A DNA stretch of 64,000 nt. Source: Escherichia coli (GTDB lineage Bacteria; Pseudomonadota; Gammaproteobacteria; Enterobacterales; Enterobacteriaceae). The notes beneath the pieces were generated by a model. It was not told the origin of the DNA, did no database searches, and saw nothing but the letters and a program-made list of their open reading frames with translations. Position numbers and translations under genes: made by a program. The stretch is taken from the NCBI RefSeq assembly GCF_003790525.1, contig NZ_CP033635.1, one strand, 5' to 3'. Within the stretch, counting starts at the first letter, position 1. Each line of letters starts with the position of its first letter. Shown here piece by piece: positions 41,892 through 51,379 of the stretch.

Positions 41892-43317
41892 TAATGCCGA
41901 TCAGTTAAGGATCAGTTGACCGATCCAGTGGCTGTGTAAGAATCCGGAAACGCTCACTTGTTTCCGGATTTTTTTATGCACATTGGACAGGCTCTTGATC
42001 TGGTATCCCGTTACGATTCTCTGCGTAACCCACTGACTTCTCTGGGGGATTACCTCGACCCCGAACTCATCTCTCGTTGCCTTGCCGAATCAGGTACTGT
42101 AACGCTACGCAAGCGCCGTCTTCCCCTCGAAATGATGGTCTGGTGTATTGTTGGCATGGCGCTTGAGCGTAAAGAACCTCTTCACCAGATTGTGAATCGC
42201 CTGGACATCATGCTGCCGGGCAATCGCCCCTTCGTTGCCCCCAGTGCCGTTATTCAGGCCCGCCAGCGCCTGGGAAGTGAGGCTGTCCGCCGCGTGTTCA
42301 CGAAAACAGCGCAGCTCTGGCATAACGCCACGCCGCATCCGCACTGGTGCGGCCTGACCCTGCTGGCCATCGATGGTGTGTTCTGGCGCACACCGGATAC
42401 ACCAGAGAACGATGCAGCCTTCCCCCGCCAGACACATGCCGGGAACCCGGCGCTCTACCCGCAGGTCAAAATGGTCTGCCAGATGGAACTGACCAGCCAT
42501 CTGCTGACGGCTGCAGCCTTCGGCACGATGAAGAACAGCGAAAATGAGCTTGCTGAGCAACTTATAGAACAAACCGGCGATAACACTCTGACGTTAATGG
42601 ATAAAGGTTATTACTCACTGGGACTGTTAAATGCCTGGAGCCTGGCGGGAGAACACCGCCACTGGATGATACCTCTCAGAAAGGGAGCGCAATATGAAGA
42701 GATCAGAAAACTGGGTAAAGGCGATCATCTGGTGAAGCTGAAAACCAGCCCGCAGGCACGAAAAAAGTGGCCGGGACTGGGAAATGAAGTGACAGCCCGC
42801 CTGCTGACCGTGACGCGCAAAGGAAAAGTCTGCCATCTGCTGACGTCGATGACGGACGCCATGCGCTTCCCCGGAGGAGAAATGGCGGATCTGTACAGTC
42901 ATCGCTGGGAAATCGAACTGGGATACAGGGAGATAAAACAGACGATGCAACTGAGCAGGCTGACGCTGAGAAGTAAAAAACCGGAGCTTGTGGAGCAAGA
43001 GCTGTGGGGTGTCTTACTGGCTTATAATCTGGTGAGATATCAGATGATTAAAATGGCGGAATATCTGAAAGGTTACTGGCCGAATCAACTGAGTTTCTCA
43101 GAATCATGTGGAATGGTGATGAGAATGCTGATGACATTGCAGGGCGCTTCACCGGGACGTATACCGGAGCTGATGCGCGATCTTGCAAGTATGGGACAAC
43201 TTGTGAAATTACCGACAAGAAGGGAAAGGGCCTTCCCGAGAGTGGTAAAGGAGAGGCCCTGGAAATACCCCACAGCCCCGAAAAAGAGCCAGTCAGTTGC
43301 TTAACTGACTGGCATTA
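41892..43317 (+). mobile_element. Insertion sequence IS4 (1426 bp, apparently intact)
   Basis: Terminal inverted repeats taatgccgatcagttaagg (left) and gcttaactgactggcatta (right, reverse complement taatgccagtcagttaagc); single transposase ORF; 13-bp direct repeats on both sides. Confidence 0.9.
41976..43304 (+). CDS. insG: IS4 transposase
   Basis: 442-aa translation [40 protein letters not shown]... matches IS4 transposase as I recall it. Confidence 0.9.
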   Translation: MHIGQALDLVSRYDSLRNPLTSLGDYLDPELISRCLAESGTVTLRKRRLPLEMMVWCIVGMALERKEPLHQIVNRLDIMLPGNRPFVAPSAVIQARQRLGSEAVRRVFTKTAQLWHNATPHPHWCGLTLLAIDGVFWRTPDTPENDAAFPRQTHAGNPALYPQVKMVCQMELTSHLLTAAAFGTMKNSENELAEQLIEQTGDNTLTLMDKGYYSLGLLNAWSLAGEHRHWMIPLRKGAQYEEIRKLGKGDHLVKLKTSPQARKKWPGLGNEVTARLLTVTRKGKVCHLLTSMTDAMRFPGGEMADLYSHRWEIELGYREIKQTMQLSRLTLRSKKPELVEQELWGVLLAYNLVRYQMIKMAEYLKGYWPNQLSFSESCGMVMRMLMTLQGASPGRIPELMRDLASMGQLVKLPTRRERAFPRVVKERPWKYPTAPKKSQSVA

Positions 43318-43330
43318 CTCAACTGAGGGG
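43318..43330. repeat. IS4 target-site duplication, right copy (CTCAACTGAGGGG)
   Basis: Identical to 41879..41891. Confidence 0.8.
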
Positions 43331-43342
43331 CTATTTTTGTGA

Positions 43343-43561
43343 TCACATCCACATAATTTGCTGCCCTGACGGCAACGGGTGCGGCCTCACGGCGTGGACT
43401 TCTCCCGGCTTCACGATGTATCTCTGTACCGACTCATAAGTGATGAACGTGGCGCTGCAATTCACGTTCTGGCACTGGTGATAACGCTCTTTTGTCGTGT
43501 CAGTGATATAGCGGCTTGTACGCGCATGTGCGGCATGCTGGCATAAAGGACAATGAAACAT
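43343..43561 (-). CDS. ogr: P2 late-gene transcription activator Ogr (zinc-finger)
   Basis: 72-aa translation MFHCPLCQHAAHARTSRYITDTTKERYHQCQNVNCSATFITYESVQRYIV...; Cys4 zinc finger. Confidence 0.95.
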   Translation of the reverse strand: MFHCPLCQHAAHARTSRYITDTTKERYHQCQNVNCSATFITYESVQRYIVKPGEVHAVRPHPLPSGQQIMWM

Positions 43562-43642
43562 CGCGAGCACCTCTTCCGGTTTTGTTGATAGTGCCATTTT
43601 AGTTAAATTATCATTATAAAACAAAAAGATAAACAAAAGACA

Positions 43643-44806
43643 TCACTCATAATCTTCTGTTTCGTACTCCACATCAGAAAGCCTGACCTCAAGCTCTAAG
43701 GACGTCGTGAAGCCGCTATTATTCAGAAAATGTGTCACCTTAGTGACTGTCCAGTCCTGCTCGTCTATGACGCGCTTAAAGCCTGACACTCTGACCGGTG
43801 TTTCCGTGTAAATATCTGCACGACCGGTAGCCAGGATGATGGAGAACTCCGCAACGCCCCGTTGCAGTTTATCCCACTTCGCCTGAGCAGCACGCATGGC
43901 CTGTGCTTTCGTGGCATATACCGTGGTCAGGGCAAAAACGTTGTCAGCCTCACCGGCCATGTATTCACCTTCGCGCGCTTCCGGTACTTTTGGCGCTTTC
44001 TTCTGCGTGACTGGTTTCGCTTTCGGGTGCTCCAGTGCGCGCAGGTGTTTTTCTTTCTTTTTGCGTTTCAGTTTTACCTTCTGCTTTTGCGGCTTCGGGT
44101 CTTTGGTGTGAAGCCACTTTGCCGTTACGCCGGTATAGGCTCCACGGTCAGCAATCGCAAAATGATGACGGTCGCCGTCGCTGCGGGTGATGGTAATCTG
44201 CGGGATTTTTTTACCGCTGGCCGTCACCCCCTGCCCCGCTTTGAGAAACAACAGTTTTCCCATTTTTACCGACACCTCACCGCCGTTGCGTTCAGCAAGG
44301 CGGGTCAGGAATTTTGCATCAGACTCCTGCGACTGGTCGATGTGCGGGATTTTAATTCCGGCCAGTGACGGAGCGACACTGGCTTCCAGCCTGTTACGGG
44401 AGGCTATCGCCTCAACAATCGCACCGAGCGTGGTGTCATGCCAGGAGCCTTCACGGCGGGAATTGAGCGTGCCACGAAAATCTGCACTCCGGGCCCGGAT
44501 GGCGACCACATCCGGCGTGCCCCGGTGTTCTACCTCATCAACGGTGAATTTCCCTTTGCATACCAGGGCAAAACCTTTCCAGCCGATATACACCGTCAGA
44601 ACAGCGCCACGAACCGGCAGTTCGACCTGCCCGTCGGCATCGTTCAGTTCAATATCAAGCTGATCAGCCTCAAAGCCCCGGTTATCCGTCAGGGTCATGC
44701 TCATCAGACGGTCGCTGATATTGCCGGTAATATCCCTGCTGTCGAGCATCAGCATGTAATCCGGCGTCAGCGTACTGCCTGCATCAAATGTCAGCGCATC
44801 CAGCAT
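43643..44806 (-). CDS. D: P2 gpD-like tail protein
   Basis: 387 aa; position between U and ogr. Confidence 0.85.
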   Translation of the reverse strand: MLDALTFDAGSTLTPDYMLMLDSRDITGNISDRLMSMTLTDNRGFEADQLDIELNDADGQVELPVRGAVLTVYIGWKGFALVCKGKFTVDEVEHRGTPDVVAIRARSADFRGTLNSRREGSWHDTTLGAIVEAIASRNRLEASVAPSLAGIKIPHIDQSQESDAKFLTRLAERNGGEVSVKMGKLLFLKAGQGVTASGKKIPQITITRSDGDRHHFAIADRGAYTGVTAKWLHTKDPKPQKQKVKLKRKKKEKHLRALEHPKAKPVTQKKAPKVPEAREGEYMAGEADNVFALTTVYATKAQAMRAAQAKWDKLQRGVAEFSIILATGRADIYTETPVRVSGFKRVIDEQDWTVTKVTHFLNNSGFTTSLELEVRLSDVEYETEDYE

Positions 44807-45285
44807 TATTCCGCCCCCGTCATCCCCGTGAATCTGGTCGCCAGACTACCGGCCTTACCGATGAGCGACTCCGCCTGTTTACCGATATCGCCATAAAGCG
44901 CGGCCAGTGATTCATCAACGCGGGTGAGCGACAGCGTAAAATCAATTTTTCGGGGTGTGCCGTCTGCAAAGAAAATACTCCCTGTTTCACTCACCTTGCT
45001 GATGACATACATGCCGTAAATCATGCCTGTGCCATCCAGCAACGGCCACGCCCGGCCTTCCTCTGCCATCAGCCTGAGCGTGGTCATCGTCAGCTTGCCG
45101 CCGGTCAGTTCGGGATAAAGCACGCCGGCAAGCGTAATGTTTTCCTCACCCACACCGAGAAACTGAAAGGCATCCCGTTTACCGATACGGGAATTTGACG
45201 GCCAGCGATAATCTGATTCGCGCTGCATGGTCTGGTGTGGCAGCGTCTGGCGCATAAAAACAAACATACCTAACGCGAGCATCAT
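44806..45285 (-). CDS. U: P2 gpU-like tail protein
   Basis: 159 aa; position between T and D. Confidence 0.85.
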   Translation of the reverse strand: MMLALGMFVFMRQTLPHQTMQRESDYRWPSNSRIGKRDAFQFLGVGEENITLAGVLYPELTGGKLTMTTLRLMAEEGRAWPLLDGTGMIYGMYVISKVSETGSIFFADGTPRKIDFTLSLTRVDESLAALYGDIGKQAESLIGKAGSLATRFTGMTGAE

Positions 45286-45299
45286 TTTTAGTCACCTCC

Positions 45300-47747
45300 T
45301 TAACCGTCATGCATCATGCTGGCACGGGCGCGCACACGTTTATCCCGCTCGTATTTTTCGAGCGCATCCTGTAACTGGCGGTCGAGCTGTGTCCCCGGCG
45401 CAGTACCACCCGTCAGGCTGATGTGATATTCGTTTTTACTCTGGTCCACATAAGAGCGGCCAGCCGGTGCCGTGACCGGCTGATAAGCCTGATAGCCTGC
45501 ATAAGAGCTGGTCGCCGGAATATAACCACCGCTGCCATACGTGGCGGCTTGAGTTCTGGCGGCGGTCTGGTCAAGTGTGTCTGACTCTTTGTTGATAACA
45601 CCGAGTTTTTCCAGTACCCAGTCAATACCGCTGCGCAGTTTGTTGAACGCATTAAGCGGCAGCATCAGCGCGTCAGCCAGTGCCTGCCCGAACATGACCC
45701 CCGTGTCACGGCAACTGTTCAGGGAGTCCTGAGTGGCTTTGACCGGGGCAATCAGGTTTTTAAACCACTGCCACGCGGCCTGTAACTTTTCACCCAGCCA
45801 GTCAAACACCGGCTTAAGTGGCGTGAACAGTTCCCCCACCGGCGCAAATGCCACTTTCAGCCCTTCAACCACACCGCCAAAGAATGCGCTGACAGGCTCC
45901 CAGTATTTACGGATAAGCAACGCCCCGGCGACAATTGCGGCCACCACGGCCACAACCGGCCAGCTAATAACCCCGATGGCGGTCATAACAGCACTGCCAA
46001 CCGTCGTGAAGACTGCCCCCATTGCGCCTGCTGCCGCGATGATGGCATTGATGCCGGTGATAACCGGCCAGGCTACGAGGCCAATGGCACCGATGATGCC
46101 AGTCAGCGCCAGCGCGCCACCGGCAATGATGCCGATGGTTGACGCCAGTGATTTGTTTTTCTGGATCCAGCCGTCGAGTTTTAACACATACTTTGTGGTC
46201 GTCTGCGTGAGCTTACGCAGCGCGCCTTCCTGCTGGTCAAACAGGTCAGTCCCCACTGCCTCATAAGCGGACTGAAACTCTTTAAAGTCACCGCCTAGGT
46301 TGTCCTGCATGATATTTACCAGCTCGGCGGTCTTCCCGTCTGAGGATTTAAACGCAGCGGTCAGTTTGTCCAGCTTTCCGGTTGAGGCGGCAGTCATCAG
46401 CACGGCGGCGGCTGAGCTGGCCTCCTCCCCGAAAATAGTTTTCATGTATTCAGCCTGCTGGGCAGTACCGAGCCGGTTTTTCTCAAAACTGGCCTGCATT
46501 TCTTTCAGAATGGTAAATATTGGCCGGGTGTTTCCCTTGCTGTCTGAGGTTTTCACTCCAAGCTCTTTGAGTGCATCCCATGCTTTTCCCGTCGGTGCCT
46601 GCAGGCGGCTTAACACGGCACGGCTTCCCGTCCCCGCCATTGAGCCTGTGATTTTTGCATCATGCAGCGCCCCGACCATTGCGGCGGTTTCTTCAATGCT
46701 GACACCGGCATTTTTTGCCACAGGTGCGGCATAGGTCAGCGCATCGCTCATGCCGTCAAAATCGGCGGCGGTTTTGTTCATCGTCATGGAGAGAACATCC
46801 CCGATATGAGCGACCTTATCGTTTGAAAGCTGAAAGGCGGATTTCATCCCCATCAACAGGGCGGCGTTTTCTTCCATCGTGCGGCGGTTCGCCAGCGCCA
46901 TATTCAGCGTGACCGGCGTTGCCGCCTGAATGGCATCAACATCCCCACCCGCTTTCGCGATGATTATCTGTGCACCGGCCGCATCATCCGCCGAGGCGGC
47001 GGTATTGTCGCCGAGCTGGCGCGCCTGTTTGCGTAGTGCGGTCATTTCGGCGGAGTCTTTTGCCACTCCGAGCACGGCCAGCAATTCTGAGTTTTTCTGC
47101 GCAAACTCATAACCTGGCATCAGCAACTTAACTCCGGCCATCGTTCCCGCCGCCGCAATCCCCACACCGGCAGCGCCCACTGAGGCCATATTTCCGGCCA
47201 GTTCCTTGCCTGCCTGATAACGCTGTTTTACTGCGTTAAGTTTTGCCTGTTGCGCACTGACACGCGCCAGCGCGTCACGCTGACGGTTAAGCTGTGCGGT
47301 GGTTTCACTGATACGGTTTTTCAGTCCCTGCTCATCATGTGCAAGATTGCGGGTATTAATTCCCACAACGGCCAGTTCCCGCTGCTGGCGTTTAACGGAA
47401 TCCGTCAGGCGGTTATATTTCGCCTGTAAGTCCTCCGCCGCACGCTTCGCGGATTCCAGCACTTTCGCCTGAGCACGTGTCGGACGTTCGGTGTTTTTAA
47501 ACTGTGTGGCAAGGGCTTCGGCCTCCTGCCGTGCCTTTTCAAGTGCATGACCAGTCACGGCGAGCTGTGCACTGGTCTTGCGAAATCCCTCAATACGGGA
47601 TGCCTGACCGTTCAGCTCACGCAGTGATTTTTGTGTTTCCCGGATATCCCCCGACAGCGATTTGCTCGCTGTGCGGATGGATTTAAACGGGCGGGATGCC
47701 TGGTCAACAGCCCTGAGCAATACCTGTAATTTTACATTGTTACTCAT
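45300..47747 (-). CDS. T: Tail tape measure protein (gpT)
   Basis: 815 aa, coiled-coil N-half, Gly/Ala-rich hydrophobic segments; downstream of E/E'. Confidence 0.9.
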   Translation of the reverse strand: MSNNVKLQVLLRAVDQASRPFKSIRTASKSLSGDIRETQKSLRELNGQASRIEGFRKTSAQLAVTGHALEKARQEAEALATQFKNTERPTRAQAKVLESAKRAAEDLQAKYNRLTDSVKRQQRELAVVGINTRNLAHDEQGLKNRISETTAQLNRQRDALARVSAQQAKLNAVKQRYQAGKELAGNMASVGAAGVGIAAAGTMAGVKLLMPGYEFAQKNSELLAVLGVAKDSAEMTALRKQARQLGDNTAASADDAAGAQIIIAKAGGDVDAIQAATPVTLNMALANRRTMEENAALLMGMKSAFQLSNDKVAHIGDVLSMTMNKTAADFDGMSDALTYAAPVAKNAGVSIEETAAMVGALHDAKITGSMAGTGSRAVLSRLQAPTGKAWDALKELGVKTSDSKGNTRPIFTILKEMQASFEKNRLGTAQQAEYMKTIFGEEASSAAAVLMTAASTGKLDKLTAAFKSSDGKTAELVNIMQDNLGGDFKEFQSAYEAVGTDLFDQQEGALRKLTQTTTKYVLKLDGWIQKNKSLASTIGIIAGGALALTGIIGAIGLVAWPVITGINAIIAAAGAMGAVFTTVGSAVMTAIGVISWPVVAVVAAIVAGALLIRKYWEPVSAFFGGVVEGLKVAFAPVGELFTPLKPVFDWLGEKLQAAWQWFKNLIAPVKATQDSLNSCRDTGVMFGQALADALMLPLNAFNKLRSGIDWVLEKLGVINKESDTLDQTAARTQAATYGSGGYIPATSSYAGYQAYQPVTAPAGRSYVDQSKNEYHISLTGGTAPGTQLDRQLQDALEKYERDKRVRARASMMHDG

Positions 47748-47891
47748 TCGTGTTTCCGCTTCGCCGGAGCGCCTTTTCGCGCCATGTGATGAGTTCGGTC
47801 AGGCTCATGGGATACAGTTCTGATGGCGGCCAGTGAAATATCACTGCCACATCCGCCATCAGGTCATCGACCGAGAGATTTTTCGGAAACG

Positions 47892-48167
47892 TCACTGCAC
47901 CGAGTTCGGCGACAAAAAACCGACCACCTTACCGGCCAGCGCCACAAGGTCAGGCAGTTCCAGCGCGGCGACCTCCTGTTCGGTCAGCATCGGTGCCGTC
48001 ATGCGCGGCAGCACTTTAATCAGTGCATCGACTTCGGAGTTCGCGACCGCAGCCAGACTGACACCGCGCAGCGTCCCGGCATTGGGTTTCATCAGCGTGA
48101 CCTGTTCGATAACCTGCTCACCACGCTTGACCGGATTGTCCAGGGTAATCACATTTTCTTTGTTCAT
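47892..48167 (-). CDS. E: Tail assembly chaperone gpE (E' made by -1 frameshift)
   Basis: 91-aa ORF between FII and T; slippery heptamer near its 3' end. Confidence 0.8.
   Translation of the reverse strand: MNKENVITLDNPVKRGEQVIEQVTLMKPNAGTLRGVSLAAVANSEVDALIKVLPRMTAPMLTEQEVAALELPDLVALAGKVVGFLSPNSVQ
47913..47919 (-). other. Candidate programmed -1 frameshift slippery site (T TTT TTG) for E/E'
   Basis: Minus-strand ggttttttgtc about 7 codons before the gpE stop; P2 makes E+E' by -1 frameshift at TTTTTTG. Confidence 0.5.
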
Positions 48168-48223
48168 GGTTTTCTCACTTCTGAATCAGGGTTAACCGGT
48201 CAGCCTGGCTGACCGGATGAAAA

Positions 48224-48742
48224 TCACAGGCCGATATTGCGGCGGTGTTGCTCCAGCCGGTCGACGCCGTTCACCTTCTCAATCATGTTGATGGTGTCGA
48301 TTTCGACCAGCTCCTTACCGTCCATCGTCAGCCGGAAATAGGTGCAGACCACGGAGATTTTCGACTCAGTGTCTTCTCCCTGTTTACCCTCGCCAGTGTC
48401 GATTTCTTTCTGACGTCCACGCATGACCACTTCGACGGCCACCGTTTCGCCGGTATCGTCACGCTGGTAAGAGCCTGCAAAACGAATCGGCACAGCATCC
48501 ACACCGGTTGCGGCGTAAAGCTCCCAGATAACCGAATCCGGGAAGCCACCGAGTGACCACTCCATTGACAGCGCATCGTCATCAAGGCCGAGGTCTACCG
48601 GTGCGCTGCCGTTCATCCCCGCACCGCGATAGTTTTCGAGCTTACGGGTCAGTTTTGGCAGCGTGACGGACTTTGCAACGCCCTGATAGCTGTAGCCGTT
48701 CAGAAAGACGTTCATTAACTTGAGTTTGCGCGGCATTGCCAT
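48224..48742 (-). CDS. FII: Tail tube protein (gpFII)
   Basis: 172 aa; position after FI. Confidence 0.9.
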   Translation of the reverse strand: MAMPRKLKLMNVFLNGYSYQGVAKSVTLPKLTRKLENYRGAGMNGSAPVDLGLDDDALSMEWSLGGFPDSVIWELYAATGVDAVPIRFAGSYQRDDTGETVAVEVVMRGRQKEIDTGEGKQGEDTESKISVVCTYFRLTMDGKELVEIDTINMIEKVNGVDRLEQHRRNIGL

Positions 48743-48754
48743 CGGTCAGGCTCC

Positions 48755-49945
48755 TTAATTGCTGTTAACCGAGGTGACCAGATTTGCCAGGTATTTATCG
48801 GTAATACGCTGGCGCAGGGTCAGGTTTTCAAGAGGAGGCACCGGGGTATAGTCGTAGTCGATATACAGTTTTCCGGCCTTAAGGGTTTCCGCATCGTTGG
48901 ATTCTTCGCTGAACCAGCAGGTCGCATCCACGATATAGCCGTTTGTTTTCAGCTCACGGAATTTGGCATTGATGCCGTCAACGATGTCGCGAATCAGCGT
49001 TGCGGTGATGGGCTTGTCCACCGCCCACATGTGCGCCTCAGCCATCGTGTCGGCCAGCACCTGCGCGGTGCGGGTGTAGTTTTCAAAGAGGAACAGCGGG
49101 TCATCAGAGCAGGTACGGTTACCCCAGAATCGGAAACCGTCGCGGCGAATCAGCGTAGTGACGCCTGACTCGTTAAGCAGGTCAGCATCGGTGCCGGACT
49201 CCTGCAAATCCCAGAATACAGATGCGCTGATGCCGGTAACACCGTTCACCCCGACATTGGACAGCGTTTTATGCCAGCCCTGCTCCTGGTCGATTCTGGC
49301 ACGCAGACCCAGCGCACGGGCGGTGGCATACGCGGTGGCGGTGGTGCTGGTGACCGTATCCCATGCGAGGAAATCCGGCCAGATGACCATCAGCTCACGC
49401 TGGCTGAAATTCTGGCGGTAGGCTTTCACCTCGGAAATGGTTTTACAGCCCCATGCGCTGATATACCCGAAAGCGCGCAGCTTCTGACAGACTGATGCCA
49501 GTGCAACAGCCACCTCTTTGGTATCCAGCCCCGGCACGCCGAGAATACGCGGTTTAACACCGGTTACCGACTCCGCCGCCAGCAGGGCTTTCAGTCCGGT
49601 GTACTGACCGTTTTCGTCGGTGGTGCCGATGATATTGGAAACGGTCTGCGCAAGTTTCGTTTCCTCGTCGTCGCCGGTGCCGTCTTCCACACGCACGACA
49701 ACGGTGACCGGTTTTGACTGGTCGGCGATGGCCTGCAACGATGCCGCCAGCGTGCCTTTTTTACCGGCCTTTGCAATTGCGCTCTGCACATTGGTAATCA
49801 GCACTGGTTTATTGAGGGGGAAGATTTCCGCATCCGCATCGCTGGCCGTGCAGACCATGCCAACAATGGCGGTGGATACGGTGGAAATGACGCGGGTGCC
49901 GTCGTTAATCTCCAGCACCTGCACGCCGTGATGATAGTCACTCAT
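48755..49945 (-). CDS. FI: Contractile tail sheath protein (gpFI)
   Basis: 396 aa; MSDYHHGVQVLEINDGTRVISTVSTAIVGMV...; position before FII. Confidence 0.9.
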   Translation of the reverse strand: MSDYHHGVQVLEINDGTRVISTVSTAIVGMVCTASDADAEIFPLNKPVLITNVQSAIAKAGKKGTLAASLQAIADQSKPVTVVVRVEDGTGDDEETKLAQTVSNIIGTTDENGQYTGLKALLAAESVTGVKPRILGVPGLDTKEVAVALASVCQKLRAFGYISAWGCKTISEVKAYRQNFSQRELMVIWPDFLAWDTVTSTTATAYATARALGLRARIDQEQGWHKTLSNVGVNGVTGISASVFWDLQESGTDADLLNESGVTTLIRRDGFRFWGNRTCSDDPLFLFENYTRTAQVLADTMAEAHMWAVDKPITATLIRDIVDGINAKFRELKTNGYIVDATCWFSEESNDAETLKAGKLYIDYDYTPVPPLENLTLRQRITDKYLANLVTSVNSN

Positions 49946-50041
49946 CCGTTTAACTCCGTGGTTAATGGGTGCAACTATTTTCTGTTGGGCAGTGCATGAG
50001 ACGCTATTTGACCTGGCTGGTCAGTGGATGAAACAACAGAT

Positions 50042-50072
50042 AAAGAAAAGGCAGGCAATTCGCCCGCCTGTC
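50042..50072 (-). terminator. Putative terminator downstream of the G/FI cargo gene
   Basis: Minus strand caggcgggcgaattgcctgcc followed by ttttctttatc. Confidence 0.45.
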
Positions 50073-50264
50073 CTGATTTGTACTCACTCATTTTCCGACT
50101 GACAATTTACATAGCCAAAACGCTATCAAATCTGACAGTCTGCTTTGAGCGAGGAGCAGAGGTTAGTTTTAGTTAACCAAAATGATAAAAAGCAGTAGAA
50201 AAATCCGCTCATTACGTTATGGTTATAAGCCGCACATAATCATCCGAGCCAAATCCTCTTGATT

Positions 50265-51164
50265 TCAAAGAATTAGCACTTGCTCTTCACTAGAAACTAT
50301 GGTTCTGACTTCACGCTCAAATATTGGATCCATTATCATTTTTCTATTTGTTGGAATAGTAAATTTACCGAGTACCATGACAATGCTACTCAACGGAAAT
50401 AATTTTGGAGTAACATTTCCTAATTGAATCGTAGGATATATATTAAAGCCCCCTTTTATCCTCATTGGCGAACCTTCAATGAAGTGTCGATAATTAAATT
50501 TCGCCATAGGGATTCTCGCCACATGCACTTTCATAATTACAGCAACCTGAGCTATTTTTACTTTCTGGAGGTAAGTTGACAATCGTTCTAACTGCGTTGT
50601 TTCATAGAAAAAATCAGACCACGTTACAGTACTTGTTCCAGTAACAATTTTTATGCTGTTTCTCTTGTTGGGGTGAGCTTTTCCATATTCATAGATCTCC
50701 CGTAAGCTATCCATGTTCTTCACATAAGGGGCTTTCCGACCTCTCTTGACATAAACGCGGTCTGTAGTATCAGAAGGTGGATTTGCCTGCATAGCTGCAG
50801 CTTTTCTGCTTAATTTAGAGATATCATCTTCATCGAGTATATGTATACGGAATATATTATTACCTGTGGCAAGCGCACGGCTGATATCATGACTGGAATC
50901 ACTTGCATAAATTGTATTCAATCCTGAAGTTCCATACTGGCATAATTTGTCATGCGTGAAATTTTTTTCCAGTCTAAAGAAGGCGGGGATATGCAAGGTT
51001 TTATTAAAACTCCGACGAATATGGCTTTTGACATACACCAAATGAGCAGAGCAATTTGGGTCAGGACATTTGAGTGGATAGGGATTAACACTATAATTAA
51101 AAGTATTTACATTTACTAAAATCTGATTGTTATCAATAGCCTGAGTTATACGAATACCACTCAT
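50265..51164 (-). CDS. AT-rich cargo (moron) protein at the P2 Z/fun position between G and FI; candidate phage-exclusion protein
   Basis: 299-aa ORF with markedly lower GC than flanking tail genes; occupies the slot where P2 carries the T5-exclusion gene Z/fun; no family recognised. Confidence 0.6.
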   Translation of the reverse strand: MSGIRITQAIDNNQILVNVNTFNYSVNPYPLKCPDPNCSAHLVYVKSHIRRSFNKTLHIPAFFRLEKNFTHDKLCQYGTSGLNTIYASDSSHDISRALATGNNIFRIHILDEDDISKLSRKAAAMQANPPSDTTDRVYVKRGRKAPYVKNMDSLREIYEYGKAHPNKRNSIKIVTGTSTVTWSDFFYETTQLERLSTYLQKVKIAQVAVIMKVHVARIPMAKFNYRHFIEGSPMRIKGGFNIYPTIQLGNVTPKLFPLSSIVMVLGKFTIPTNRKMIMDPIFEREVRTIVSSEEQVLIL

Positions 51165-51379
51165 TACTCCTCCATAAAGATAGGCGCAAGCATTTAGTAA
51201 TAAACCATTAACATGCCGAGATCATACCCGATCATTGAAATGTAAACACTCCCCTAAGACGGCTGCTGGCATAATATTTTATGACATCAGCAATGCCCAC
51301 CTCTGGCACAGAGTGGACTGTCAGATTAGGCTTTACTCTGTGCCATAGATATGTAAGCCCACACTAGAGCTCATACAAC

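Noticed and set aside
41710-43342. Classical P2 attachment core (AAAAAATAAGCCCGTGTAAGGGAGATT) near ogr
   Set aside because: Not present; only a loosely similar A-rich hairpin (aaataaagcccctcaactgaggggct) exists, so I did not annotate an att site and treat the attR idea as a hypothesis only
43862-44368. 168-aa plus-strand ORF inside phage gene D, and similar antisense ORFs inside T, M and H
   Set aside because: They overlap P2 late genes whose order and translations are strongly supported; no sign of independent genes
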